From Wallemia ichthyophaga EXF-994 (taxonomy: Eukaryota; Fungi; Basidiomycota): a stretch of 32,000 nt of DNA. The stretch spans positions 120,001 to 152,000 of the forward strand of contig NW_008806276.1 in assembly GCF_000400465.1 (NCBI RefSeq). Reading direction: 5' to 3'. The translations under genes and the position numbers were made by a program. Each line of letters starts with the position of its first letter. Position 1 is the stretch's first letter. Shown here piece by piece: positions 8,717-21,114 of the stretch. A model generated the notes under the pieces. It was not told the DNA's origin. It ran no database searches and saw nothing but the letters and a program-made list of their open reading frames with translations.

Positions 8717-9167
8717 TTAAATCTCCAATCCCACCTCAGATAATCCACAGGCGTTACAGCAGTTTAACTTGCCGTTCAGCCTCGATCTGTGCCAGTCTGT
8801 GAAGCGAGTCGCGTTTGAGACAGTCTCACCTGTACAAGTCTCACTCACAAGGCGTATATGAAATTTTACAGTTATAGCAAAATCTTTTAAATTTCTTCCT
8901 ATTTGCTGACTCGAGACACTCCTGGCGTATATACTTCTCATTCAAATTCTCCTCGAAAGGTCTCCTGGTTACCCCCCTCCCACTGAAATAGGCAATTACT
9001 GTCTGTTTGTGTAAGTGTGTATGTATGCTAGTTTCAGCATCGTCTGAAATTCTGTGTTTAAGATCGACCTGTCTTGCTCACCAGCCAGACAGAAGCGCGT
9101 TATGAGGTATGGAACAACAGGGTCTTTTCTCATTGCTTGAAGCTGGTAATTTATAGTTGCAACTCAT
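8717..9167 (-). CDS. Small GATA-type zinc-finger protein (~114 aa; exons 9167-9082, 9027-8849, 8796-8717); 5' and 3' ends uncertain
   Basis: Intron 8797-8848 (GTGAGT..CACAG) joins CYNCKISYTP|YWHRSRLNGKLNCCNACGL, the GATA pattern C-x2-C..TP.W.R..CNACGL. An upstream 54-nt intron (9028-9081) gives a frame-consistent start at ATG 9167. An alternative 3' exon ending at 8650 would need a 37-nt intron. Confidence 0.7.
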
Positions 9168-9466
9168 CTTACAAATATTCCTCCTTAAGTATGCAGCTTT
9201 GATTGATTTCTTGGAATGTGGTGAATTCATCCGTGGCCGCGGGGGTCTTTAATAAATGTGAAGAAGCCACGCTGCTAAATGAAACATACCTATGTGTAAA
9301 ACCGTAACTCCCTTCTCCAACATACATCCCACTTGGCTTTGTTCTGAGTAGGCAAAATTTCACGGTAATAAGAAGTCTCAGTGAGAAGAAAGATAGCGAG
9401 AGTGTAAGGAGGGGTTGTAATGAAAACACACGACAGTAAGATACAAATCTCAACTTTCGTAACCTT

Positions 9467-9479
9467 TTCGAGAAGCTTC
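9467..9479. promoter_or_regulatory. Perfect three-unit heat shock element (TTCgaGAAgcTTC) upstream of STI1; a second GAAgaTTC at 9566-9573
   Basis: Sequence seen directly. It matches the nTTCnnGAAnnTTCn HSF consensus ~160 bp upstream of a known heat-inducible co-chaperone gene. Confidence 0.8.
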
Positions 9480-9638
9480 CAAGACTTCAAGACTTCAAGC
9501 CTTCAAAATGAGTTCTGCGTGAGACTTGTGTTTGAAATTCAATGAAACCTTGGCAAAAATATCCAGAAGATTCCAGTGTATCATATACATCGTGGTACAT
9601 CAATCCCACGACACACACCTCTACTACCAACTTCCATC

Positions 9639-11410
9639 ATGTCCGCAGACGAATTGAAAGCCCAAGGAAACGCAGCGTTTAGCGCAAAAGACTTCACGAA
9701 AGCTGTAGACCTCTTCACGCAAGCCATCGCTCAAGACGCCAACAATCACGTCCTCTACTCAAACAGGTCGGCTTCTTACGCAGGTCTTAAGCAATACCAG
9801 AAGGCGCTAGACGATGCCAGCACCACAATAAGCAAGAAGTCTGATTGGCCAAAAGGTTACGCTAGAAAGGGCGCTGCGCTGCATGGATTGCAGCAGTACA
9901 TGGAATCAGTTGAGGCTTATGAGCAGGGTTTGAAAGCAGCTCCGACAGATTCTGGCTTGCAGAAGGGTTTGGCTGACGTCAAGGCTGCTGCTCAATCCGA
10001 CGACGACGGTCCAGGCAGAATCGCTGAAATGTTTAAAGATCCTAACCTCATTGGAAAATTGGCACAAAACCCTAAAGTTGCCCCAATGCTCGCTGATCCT
10101 GCGTTCATTGCTAAACTCAAGGCTATCCAATCGGGTGGTCAACCTTCACCAGACATATTCCAAGATCCACGCATGATACAGGTTATGGGCGCTTTGATGG
10201 GTGTCGATTTACAAGCATTTGAACGTCCAGAGGGTAGTGATCAACTTCCTGAAAACCTCCAGAAGGCAGACCCACCTAAGCCAGCAGCAGCCCCAGCTCC
10301 TTCTCCCTCACCCGCACCAGAGGCAAAGATGCAAGAAGCAACTCAACCAGCTGAGTCTTCTACTTCTGACGAAAAGAAGGAGGCTCTCAAAGCCAAACAA
10401 CAAGGTAATGAGCTCTACAAAGCCCGCAAGTTCGATGAAGCCATTCAAGCATACGAGAAGGCTTGGGAACTCGACAACTCGGACATCTCATACCTCACTA
10501 ACCTTTCAGCTGTTTTCTTCGAGAAGGGAGATCTTGAAAAGTGCCTAGAAGTTTGTGAAAAGGCTGTGGAAGAGGGTAGATCGATGCGAGCTGACTACAA
10601 GCTCGTCGCGAAGGCTCTCGGTCGTATCGGTAGTGTGTACTACAAGAAGAAGGATCTTGACGCGGCTGTGAACTACTTTAATAAGTCGCTCACAGAACAT
10701 CGCTCAGCTGATGTGCTCAACAAGCTCAGAGCCACTGAGAAGGAGAAGAAGGATGCCGAAGTGGAGGCATACATCAACCCAGAATTATCAGAAAAGTCGC
10801 GCGACGAAGGGAACGTAGCTTTCAAGGTGAGTCTAGATCACAATAGTGCCATCACATCACTAACAATCTTACTCAGCGTGGAGATTTTGCAGAGTCCGTC
10901 AAACTCTACTCCGAGGCAATAAAGAGACTGCCAGACAACGCGCGTGCATACACAAACAGAGCAACTGCGTACAACAAATTAGCTGCCCTTCCTGAAGCCC
11001 TCAAGGATGCCAACAAAGCTATAGACATCGACCCATCGTTCGTCAGAGCGCATATTCGCAAAGCTATGGTGTTGTTCGGCATGAGAGACTACACGCAAGC
11101 AGCAGCAGCGCTCGACAAGGCCACTGCAAATGATAAGGAGGGATCAAACGGCAAAGAGATCAGAGATTGGTCAGCCAAGATAAACTCAGCACTGTATAGC
11201 CAGCGTAGTGAGGAGTCAGATGAACAGACACTCGAGCGAGCAATGAGGGATCCAGAAGTGGCTGCTATCATGGGTGACCCAGTTATGCAGTCTATTTTGC
11301 AACAGTCACAAACTGATCCAGCTGTGCTGCAACACCATATGAAGTCATCGTCTGCTATTCAAGAAAAGGTGATGAAGTTGATCAACGCTGGTATTATAAA
11401 GACACGTTAA
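9639..11410 (+). CDS. STI1: Hsp70/Hsp90 organising co-chaperone Sti1/Hop, 573 aa, 2 exons (9639-10826, 10877-11410)
   Basis: TPR1 (MSADELKAQGNAAFSAKDF..LYSNRSASY), DP1 (DPRMIQVM), TPR2A, TPR2B and DP2 (RAMRDPEVAAIMGDPVMQSILQQ..KLINAGII). Intron 10827-10876 is GTGAGT..CTAAC..CAG. Confidence 0.96.
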
Positions 11411-11471
11411 AGTTTTACCTGTGTACTGTATGTGCATTGCTACAAATTGATTTTCTTATTTCGGCACTCCG

Positions 11472-12807
11472 ATGACTGAAAAAAGCGTGCTTATCGTTGG
11501 TGCTGGAGTGTTTGGGCTAAGCACAGCGTACGAGCTGTTGCAAGATGGATACAAAGTCACAATCGTTGAGCAGTCAGACCAAATTCCTTCTGAGAGCTCC
11601 AGTTCAACGGTATGTACGCCGAAGACCATCCCAGCCACGTTAAATACTCGCACAGGACATTTCCAAGATTGTCCGCGCAGACTACAGCTCAGCCGTCTAC
11701 TCAAAGCTCGCAGCAGAATCGATAGCGGATCTTGAGAAGAACTGGACAGAGGCTGGCTTCTTCCATCAGTGCGGGATGGTTGTTCTAGGGGAAAGTGACT
11801 ACGCTAAGGCGTCTTACAAGCATGTGAAATCTATGTATCCTGAGCAGGTGCGTTTGCTCGACCAATCTTCCATACAAGACGTCCTGCCGAAGAATGTTCC
11901 ACTGAATAGCCTCACGCGCACAGCATATCAAAACAAAGCAAGCGGATGGATCGAGTCTGGGAGAGCTACAGCCGAATTGGCCAGACGCTGTGAGGAAATG
12001 GGTGCGACACTCATCCCTAATTTCACCGTTGGCCGTGTTATTTGGAGTGGTGACAATGACAGAGTTGTAGGCGTAGAGAGTGCTTCCGGAGAGGTACTTG
12101 ATGCTGCTCTTACCATTATCGCGTCAGGCGCGTGGTCCACTCTGCTCGACGACCAGATCAACAAGATGCTCCTCGCGTCTGCGCAGTCTGTGGCCATGAT
12201 TAAGCTCACTGAAGAGCAACACGAGCGATACAAAGACTCCCCTATCGTCATCAACCTCAATACCGGGATTTATATGTTTCCCCCCACTTCCACGCGCTAT
12301 TTCAAGGTATCCAAGCATCACGCAGGGTACATCAGTAGAGAGCGCAATGCACCAGTCTCGATAGATACCAAACGCGAGCAACTAGGTGAAGACGAGCCTC
12401 CACTGTCCATCTCCAAAATACCTAGCGTGATGTACGACGAGCTCCGAAATGGTTTGAAAGAGGTTTATCCGGAGATAGCTAATGACTCGTCGCTGGAGTG
12501 GAAAACGAGGATGTGTTGGTACTGCGATGCTCAGAACGGCGATTATATTATAGATTACCACCCCCTTTCCAACAAGTCGCTCCTGTTCGCCACTGGCGGC
12601 AGCGGACATGCCTACAAAATGTACACTGTTCTCGGCAAACTCGTCAAGCAACGTATGGACGGTACACTGGATGCGGAGATGAGCGACATGTTTAGTATAC
12701 AGCGCGATACAGAGCAGGTGCCTGTCGTCGATAAAAGCAGATTGGACACAGTCAGGCGCGATTTTTCGGTCGCGTTCATGGCTGAAGGCCAGCAGCAGCC
12801 CAAATAG
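11472..12807 (+). CDS. FAD-dependent oxidoreductase of the sarcosine/pipecolate/fructosyl-amino-acid oxidase (DAO-like) family, 429 aa, 2 exons (11472-11609, 11656-12807)
   Basis: Rossmann motif VLIVGAGVFGLSTA, ST|DISKIVRADY across intron 11610-11655, CWYCD..GDYIIDYHP and ATGGSGHAYK. Confidence 0.88.
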
Positions 12808-12965
12808 GCATGAAAATTTTGTACTGCTATTTGGTACGACGAAATTTCGCTAAGTCTCAAGATATAAAATGAGAACCACTACCAGGTGGATATAGAATAA
12901 TTAGACTATAATTTGTTGAAAATAAGTGTATGCTTTCATGCTACACCACATTGCATCCTGACATC

Positions 12966-14020
12966 ATGCAAGATAAGACTGCAATCGTGTTTGTGCATGG
13001 GTGAGTGGGATGCTCCCTTCTAACAAGCACTCAATCACACCGAACAGCTTTAAAGGCGGCGTGGATACATTCGGAAGTCTACCGCAAGATATGGAGTGTT
13101 GGCTGGGCATGCAAACCGAGCTAGACAAATACACCTCAACAGTGTATCCTGCGTGGAAGACGTCTGGGAAGTTGGTGGGTTGATGGACGAGGTACTCAAA
13201 TACAATAACCCCAACACACTTGCAGGAAATCGCAGTAGACAATCTGCAAGCCTGGATGGCAGAGCAACAACTGCAAAACCAGTACACGGCCTTCGTACTA
13301 GTCGCGCATTCAATGGGTGGACTTCTCGCCTGCGACGTGTACCTCAAGTCCCTCCGAGAAGGAAACAGACTGAACATAAAGGCTGTTCTCAATCTCGACT
13401 GTCCCATGATTGGCTTACACCCACATGTATTCGCTAATACTACGAACGACTATTACAACAAGTTTAACAAAGTCAAAGATGTCGCAAGTGGCGCATCGGT
13501 GCTGATACCTTTTGTCGGTGCATTGTGGGGCGCGAATAAGTCTGATAAAAGCGGTGCCGAACAGAGAGATGAGCGAGAGAAAAAGGTTAAAGACAAGGAA
13601 CACAATGTACAACCTAACACAAACTACCTCAAACCGGCAGGCGCAGCTATAGCAGCTATATCTGCAGTAGGCGCAGGTGCTTACTTTGGGAGAGATAAGA
13701 TATTAGAGGCGTATCGAGCAGCAGCAGGTCTGACTACCGATCACTTGCTCTTTTTGTCAAACTTGTGGAACACGCGCAGCCTCAAAGAGCGCCTGGATAG
13801 CATGTCTAATGCACCTGTGGTATTCAAAAACTACTATACCCACCTTCCACATCTCAATGATAGGACTTTTTGTCTCATACCTGCTAAGCACAGCAGTTTC
13901 ATCAAGACTTCAAACTCCCTCGCCAACGATGAGATTAGCGCACATATTAACATGTTCAACGCTTCTTCTAACAGCAGCTACCATCAACTTCTCAAGCATC
14001 TTGTCGAGGATGCACTCTAA
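12966..14020 (+). CDS. Alpha/beta-hydrolase-fold protein (DUF676-like putative serine esterase/lipase), 318 aa, 3 exons (12966-13000, 13048-13174, 13226-14020)
   Basis: IVFVHG|FKG after removing intron 13001-13047, a second intron at 13175-13225, a nucleophile elbow AHSMGG, and DCPMIG. Confidence 0.8.
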
Positions 14021-14038
14021 CAAATATTTTACAACAAT

Positions 14039-17000
14039 CTATGACGACTTGATGCTATCAGTGTATTCTTCCAACATTTTCAGATCGTGGTACCGCGCCA
14101 CTGAGTTTATAACTTGGAGACGCCTTTTGAATGCTTCGCGTGATGTTGTCAGCTTCCAAGCACCAGAACAGTGACAATGTGCAGCTAAATCGGAAGATCC
14201 TGAGACGCGTTAGAGTAGCCAAGATAACATTTCAGCACCCACTAATCGTGCCACACTTGGAGCATTTGAGATCTTGCACGGCGAACCCAGCAACCAGCTT
14301 GTCTACAACACCTAACAGTGACAGCTCCACCTCCATCTTGTCCTGTGAGCGACCGCAGGAAGCACATGGCCATTCTTCTTCAAGAAGCTCTACATCACGC
14401 ACGAGGTCGAGATCCTGAACAAATGTACATGCTTTGCACACCACACCTGTCACCTTAAAGCTTTCACAAGGCGGCTTGAATTGGGCATCCTCGGAGCTGG
14501 AGATGGGTGTTAGCGGGACTCACAAGAAGTACGAATACACCCACAATTCTCGTACTTTCAATATATCCAGCAGGTTGCGTTTCAGTACTGTCACCTCAAT
14601 AGCAACATCTCTAGACAACCCTAACACAGTGCACACACTCTTAACAAATTCCAACGTTGGGTTCTTCATATTACCCTGTGAGCCTGGAAGGAGAGGGAAG
14701 ATAAACATGTTGGCCTCTTCGTTGTCTTCCACACCGCTCGCCAACTCCGTCGCCGCTTCCGACTGTTTGCGAGACATCTCGGTGACTATCTTGAGTAGTC
14801 TCCTAGTGATCACACGCGTGATCAAATTCCTCTCAAAGTCTATTTCTTGCTTTTTGTAATCATCAACCGCAACCTCGCCTCCTTCGTTAGCGATCGCTCG
14901 CAGTGGTTTTCTGTATTGTAGACCCATCTTGCGTTTCTCAGAATACATGGCGTAGATATACTCAGCTATGACTATATCAAAGTAGTTTTGCAAAGCTGGT
15001 GGGAGATACTGTGGGACGTTCCACTTCATATCGACATGGAACTCCTCAGGCGGAGAGGATGAATTTGGAGCGTGATTGACGACACCACCGAAATTGGACA
15101 GATCCATCCACACCAGATAGTCCCAGAAGTTTACCGTCGTAAGTGTAATGTGCTTGAACAATTCAGCCGAGGTTGTAGCCGAGAGAATGTACTGTGCGTA
15201 CGCGGCAGCTGAGCCAGCAGTTGGTTTCGATGTGAGGATGAAAATTCGTCCAAAGTCCGCATAAACTATACCTGAACCAAGTCTCTTGATTTCCGCTAAA
15301 AGCTGCAAGAATACTTTCTTCATTAGTCCTCGCAGGAAGCGATGAATACCTGGATCGAAGAGTCGTGACACTGGTGAAGAGATCCACCTGAGCAAATGAT
15401 CAACCAATAAATGTCCAAATGCACTCTGTCCGTCAGCTGACTTTGCCTTATCTAGATACCAGCTTTTGACCATCGACTTGAGAATGGAGAAGACCTGCGA
15501 TGACACGACAGCCTCTCCCAACGTGACAGAAGCTTTGGCCTGCCCTTTTGTATACTCATCTATGGTGTGTGATGTACTGTCAAAGACAGTAGCTGCAGAT
15601 CCTGCACCTTCCATCTCATTTACAAGCGACGACTGAAGGATAGAGTTGACGGCAATATCTCGCAACTCAACTTCAAGTACGACGTTTGAAAATGTGCCAG
15701 GGTTTGAGAACTCTTCAGGCCCACCGCCTTCGTCTGCAAATTGTTGAGGAGGCACATCCTGTTCACGTCCACCGAGATCAGGCTTCGACGAATGAGACCA
15801 CCAAAGTAGGATATCACTTTTAATTAATCGCCTAGCAAACGATATGTCAGACAGCTGTATAGGGGCGTCCCTCTCTATGTTACCAACAGGGACGTCATAA
15901 TGCTTAGCCAGCCCGATCCTCTCGTGAATCCAAGCCGACATACGGAAGTACATACCAATCATCCTCTTAGATATCTTCGGCAGCCACATCAGACTCTCGT
16001 CGATACTCAAATCTTTGCGGGACGTGGGCACTGCAATGACAGGGTAATTGTTTAGTCCGTCACCAAATTGAGAGAAGTAGGATTGCGATTGGGGCGAGTT
16101 TAGGACAACAATTGTAGGACCTTGCCTCTGACCACCAAGGGTATTGAGATATCTGAACATGTTCTTGACAGCAGACTGTTCGCCACCGTGGAAAGTAACT
16201 TCAAAAGACATTTCAGAACTATACTCAAATGCCTCGTCGTTCTCCTCAGATTTACGGGATAGATAACTTTCATAACTCTGTCCATAGACCTTGTCCAAAT
16301 TTGGCAGCTGTGGACGCGTCCTACTGGATGAATCCACAATAAATATCTTGCATTCACCATCTGGAGAGAAGACACTATATATGTGGCGGCGATCTACGTA
16401 AGCGTGGAACATGTAGATGTACCGCAGCTGGTTGAAGTTTTGCAGATAGGTTTTAGAATTTTGAGCTGCATTGGAGAGCTCCACTAATTCGAAACCGCGG
16501 TCAAGACCCTTGCTTAGTCCACCAGTTGATGCTTTCGAAAGTGCGCACTTTGATCCCAGCCTGATCAACGCACGATCAATAAGTGGTACCTGAATTTTGC
16601 GTTAATGTGAACAGTCAGTGAGGTACTACATCCAACCCACCTGCATCTCGTAGACACTGTCAACATTTATGTTACTCGTCAGATTCTTGAAGTGAGACTC
16701 ATTGTCGACGTAGAGTCGCTCAGGGACAGTCAACTTGAAAAGATTGAGACATGGTTGGTCACGTGGCAAGCTTCTCACGACCCTCTCAGCCATATACTCT
16801 TCCGCAAATTCACCTTCACCAGGTGCATTTTTGAGGTTGAGATAGAACTCCCTCGGTATCCTCAAGCGGACTTGTTGGAAATTACCGCCAAGGCTTAACC
16901 ACAACCTGAATTCACCAGGTCTAACGGAGGGATAGATTTGCACTATATCCCAAGCACTCCCACTAAATCCAACAGAGCGGTCTTGGAACATACCAAGAGC

Positions 17001-20000
17001 AGTCTGACGCGAAACGCCTGCTTGATTCCTCGAAGCCTTCGATCCATGCTTCCTCTTATATGCCCTCTGCAACTTCCAACGCTTACGCATTACTCTAATG
17101 AATGCACTGTAATCCTCATCGGCATCTGGGACAGGGATGGACATGACTCTCTCATACTCTTCCTCCTCGAGCTGCTGACGGTTTTTCTTGCGCACTGCTG
17201 CCTGCTTCGGTTTGCCATTGACAGATGGACCGATGCCCAAGTCCTCCATGTCCTGGTTAACCTCTCTCTGCTTCTCGAACATATCAGTCAGCTTGTGCTG
17301 TCTGAATTTGTCATCCGAATTCGCTATTCTCTTGTAGAGCCAATCCGGGTGAGCGATGCGTGGGACTGGGTTGGGTATCTTCTGCAGGGCTGCTGGAATA
17401 GTGATAATTTTTTGAACAACTGAACCGAATCTCTCAATATAGTAATCCCAATCGAGAATGCTTCTAATATCAAAGTCAGTCAGACTGTTATCCTTCAGCC
17501 ATTTACGCAGATAGTGAGATTTGATAGACTGTTCAGCAGTGAAGATGGTAACCGGTACAGCTCTTTCAGTAACAGGAGCACCGAATGGTTTGGCAGAAAT
17601 AATGTATCGACAACTAAGACCCTTATCTTTGACCATCTGCTCACCCAAGAACTCTGCAAGTCTGCGAGCTGTTGATATGGAGGTGGATTTCTGACCCTCG
17701 TACTCGGCAAGTGTTTTACTCATTGATCGATTCTCGGAAATCAGTTCAACTAGCTCCTCATCAGATAAAGTGGAACCTTTACCGAAGAGAATATCCAGCC
17801 ATTGGTCCGCAACTTTGGCGACAGCATCGTAGCACTCCTTTGTCGTCGATCCTAACAAAAATTTACTGAAAATTTCGCTTTGGAAGAATTTGATGAGCTG
17901 CAGTTCACCCCTGCGCTTCACTTCGAATCCCTTTAATTCTGCTAAAGAACCGTCCTCTTCGAACACCGCGTATCGCTTCTTCAGCAGCTTATCTTCTTCT
18001 TTGGAGGCAGGTAAGATCATCGCACGATATGGTCCATCCAATTCGAAGAAAATACTATTCTCCGAATGCATTTCATACTCCCCTTTGTCCTTGTTGGTGA
18101 GAGTGTGGTATTGGTCGTTGGTGAATTTTCCGTGGACAAGGTGATTAAGCATAACACATGGGTAAGAGAAGCCCATGGTTTTGCCGCCCTTAAGAGTGAA
18201 TTTAAAGTTTTCAGGAAAGCAGCCTGGAAGCATACACCAAATACCGTCAGTATCTAATTCAAGCGGTCTGCCAATCTGTTCGACGAGCTGACGAGCCATC
18301 TGGATGATAGTCGCACCAGTCAAGCAAGTTATACCTGCCATCTCCATAGAATACCATCTCGCACCTTTACGCATGACATAACCGTAGAAAGAGTTAAGAA
18401 TGCACTTGTGGGCGAGTTGAAGGGAGTCGTAAAGAGTTATCATATTCTTAGCCTCAACTGAGGCAGACAAACTGCCCTCTTCATTTGCATTGTCTAATTT
18501 ACCTTTCCACTGCTTGTGAAAACCTTTGTACTCATACCGTCTATCGCGAAACGCCCTAACTGTGTCAATGTAGAACGGGTTTTCGCGCTGACAGATTATA
18601 GCTTCACGGTTGATGATTTTGGTATCGTGTGTTTTGCGATAAACCTTCCTCGAGTAATCCCCAAGACGCTTCTGTATTAGAGCGGACTGTTCAGTAGGCG
18701 AGAGCTCGACAAAGCGTCTCTTGGGCGCACCTATCTGACGACCAGGGAAAGACTCCGATTCGAGTGCGTGTCTAATCATATTGTACTCATCTCGCTTTGC
18801 AGGGAAAAATTCACCACGCCAAGCCCATGTCAAACGCCTATCACACTGCTTATCGGGGGTGTTGTAGTCACATGCTGCGCACATTCCCTCATCAACCACG
18901 GCATCTGGCTGTAGCCTGTTTGACAACATGATCTAAGAGAAGGTGTGTTAGCATGTGTGTAAGACATACTACTCACTCACATTCGGATACATGGCAGCAA
19001 CGTCAAGATGGTAGATCAACGGTGGATCTTGTCTGACGGGATTATCACGAAGATTCTCCAAAACCCCCTTGATCTCATTCTTGACTTGCTCGTAATTCTC
19101 CACATCCTCCAACCTCTTCTTCTCCTCGACGACAATGGAGAACTGGAGTGCGTTGTCGAGGTCATCAATGAGCTGAGGCGAGGAGAATGAGTGTCATCGC
19201 CACCGAATCAAACAAATCCTACTAACCTGCTGAATAGCCTTGGGGACAATCTTGAAATCAGTAGCTATGTCATTCCTGAACACACCAGCTTCCAACGCTT
19301 CGACGTGACCACCGACATAAGTCTCTGACGACAGCAGATGTCCTTCATACATACTGCCTTGTGGGTCGACGTGTCTGTTGGGCATTATGACGCCAGCACT
19401 GTAAGCCTCGACCATGAGCAGAGTTTCACAGAGCGTGCCAGAACCCTTGCGAAGGACATCGTCGGGGTTGAGAGGTATAATGTTGCAGAGGGAGAAGACG
19501 AAACTGAGAGAGCGTTAGTGTGAGGTGATGAAAGGAGAAAGTGAAACTGACGGATGGATATATTTCATGTAGAGGTAGTAAGTAGCTACGGCGTCAGACA
19601 CCGAATACTGAGCGAGCACTTGCGGCTGCTCAATGGCGTATCTAGAAAAAAGGGTGAGTGGTGTATTCAAAGTTGAGCCTGAGAAAACCTACGGTGTCAT
19701 GAGCTCTGGATCAAGTTCAATGGGGTTGTAGCCGAGTTTGGCAACAGTGACAGCTTTGAGACCGTGACTACCCTGGGGGAGATAGGAATCCCGCTTCACC
19801 CATCTGAAACAATCCATGTGTGAACAAGTTGCACTTTTATACTCATCCTCATTGTCCCTCTCGAAACCTGTCTCGGCGTAGAGACTCAAACCATTTGCAG
19901 TGGCGCGAGCATCGACGTAAGGAAAATCGAAGAAATCACCGTTGTAAGTAGCCATGACGGTGGGTTGAACCTGTCTGATGTGCTCGAAGAAGCGTTTCAA

Positions 20001-21063
20001 GACACCAGCCTCATCGGGCTCGTTGAAGATTGAGAAAGGGCCATCGTACTCGTCTTTGGGAGTGTAGTCGAAATCGTGGATGTCTTCAGAGACAATTTCG
20101 CGGTTGGTGATGAGGTATCCCTGGCCGTCTACCATATAAGAGATCATCATGATGGGATCGACGGCGCTGTCTGGGAACTTAAGAGGCGCCTTACACGTTT
20201 CAATATCATACGCCATGACGACTGGTTCAGCGCGCTTAACACGGTGTTCAACTTTTTCCAGTTTTATTTTGCCCTCGCTTGCTGAGACGGTGTACCACAT
20301 ACCAACTCGTATACCTAGCAGAGAGTGAGCTGGGGAGAGTGAAAAAGAGGGAATGCCCACCTAAATCAGTTGCAACGCGTAAGTAATATGGTACGTCATA
20401 CTCGCGTGCGTCTACGATTAACTGCGAGGGATCTTCTTTGCTTTTAGCGTCGTTTCCGGAGTTTTCAAGGGTGATATCTTGGTCAGCAGAAGCGACGACG
20501 TCAGCGTACGCATCGACGGCAGATCTCTTCTCGGCATTTGATTGAGCAAGCGGGAGAACTTCTCTGCGAATGGTGAGGAGGTCTTGAACGTTCCTGAATT
20601 TAAGCTGTAGATAAACTTTCGGGAGGCTGAGGAGGTGGTTGGGTGCCTTAAGATCGTCCTTGTAAATGCGTTCAATCTTATAGATAAGCGATTCAAACCG
20701 CCGTAAAAGCCATTCTTCGACAGCAGCTTCTGTGCCTGGCTTGCAAGATAAATAGAAATAAGGCTCGTAGGTTATCGTAGATTTAAACATTCCGCCATCG
20801 TCCTCGAGGAAGTAAAAGTCAACGGCTGCTTTTCCACCAATGTAGTCGTCATCTTCGATGAGCGTGGGGTGCATATTCACCAGCCACGCCTCCCGCGCTC
20901 CTCCCTCCTCAAATCTGGAGAATCCTAGCCTGGCGTCGAGATGGTCGCTTTCTTTGATTTTATCGAATTTAGCGGCAAGTAGCTGACGTTCGTCGACGAT
21001 CTTTGGTGCCGATGGTTCTTTGCGGCCTGTGCCTGCTTTTTTAAATTTCGTACGGCTGCTCAT
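14039..21063 (-). CDS. POL2: DNA polymerase epsilon catalytic subunit, ~2211 aa, 9 exons
   Basis: Exo I motif YDIETCK, motif A DVAAMYPN|IM, Cys cluster CAACDYN..QC, motif C ELDTDGIW, and C-terminal Cys motifs CKAC/CASC and CSKC/HCHCSG. Introns at 20315-20360, 19642-19692, 19504-19551, 19173-19226, 18933-18980, 16590-16640, 14497-14544 and 14200-14242 give one continuous frame of 6636 nt. Confidence 0.97.
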
Positions 21064-21081
21064 GGCTGTTGTTAGCCTGAG

Positions 21082-21114
21082 TCGCGTACTTGTATCTCAG
21101 AAAGACGCGCGCGA
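21082..21114. promoter_or_regulatory. MCB-like CGCG elements immediately upstream of the POL2 start
   Basis: TCGCGT (ACGCGA on the minus strand) at 21082-21087 and ACGCGCGCGA at 21105-21114. MBF/MCB control of replication genes is established in fungi. Confidence 0.5.

Noticed and set aside
9169-9490. ORFs 9169-9453 and 9290-9490 on the minus strand
   Set aside because: They cover the HSE-containing STI1/GATA promoter region, have no motif and look like random sequence.
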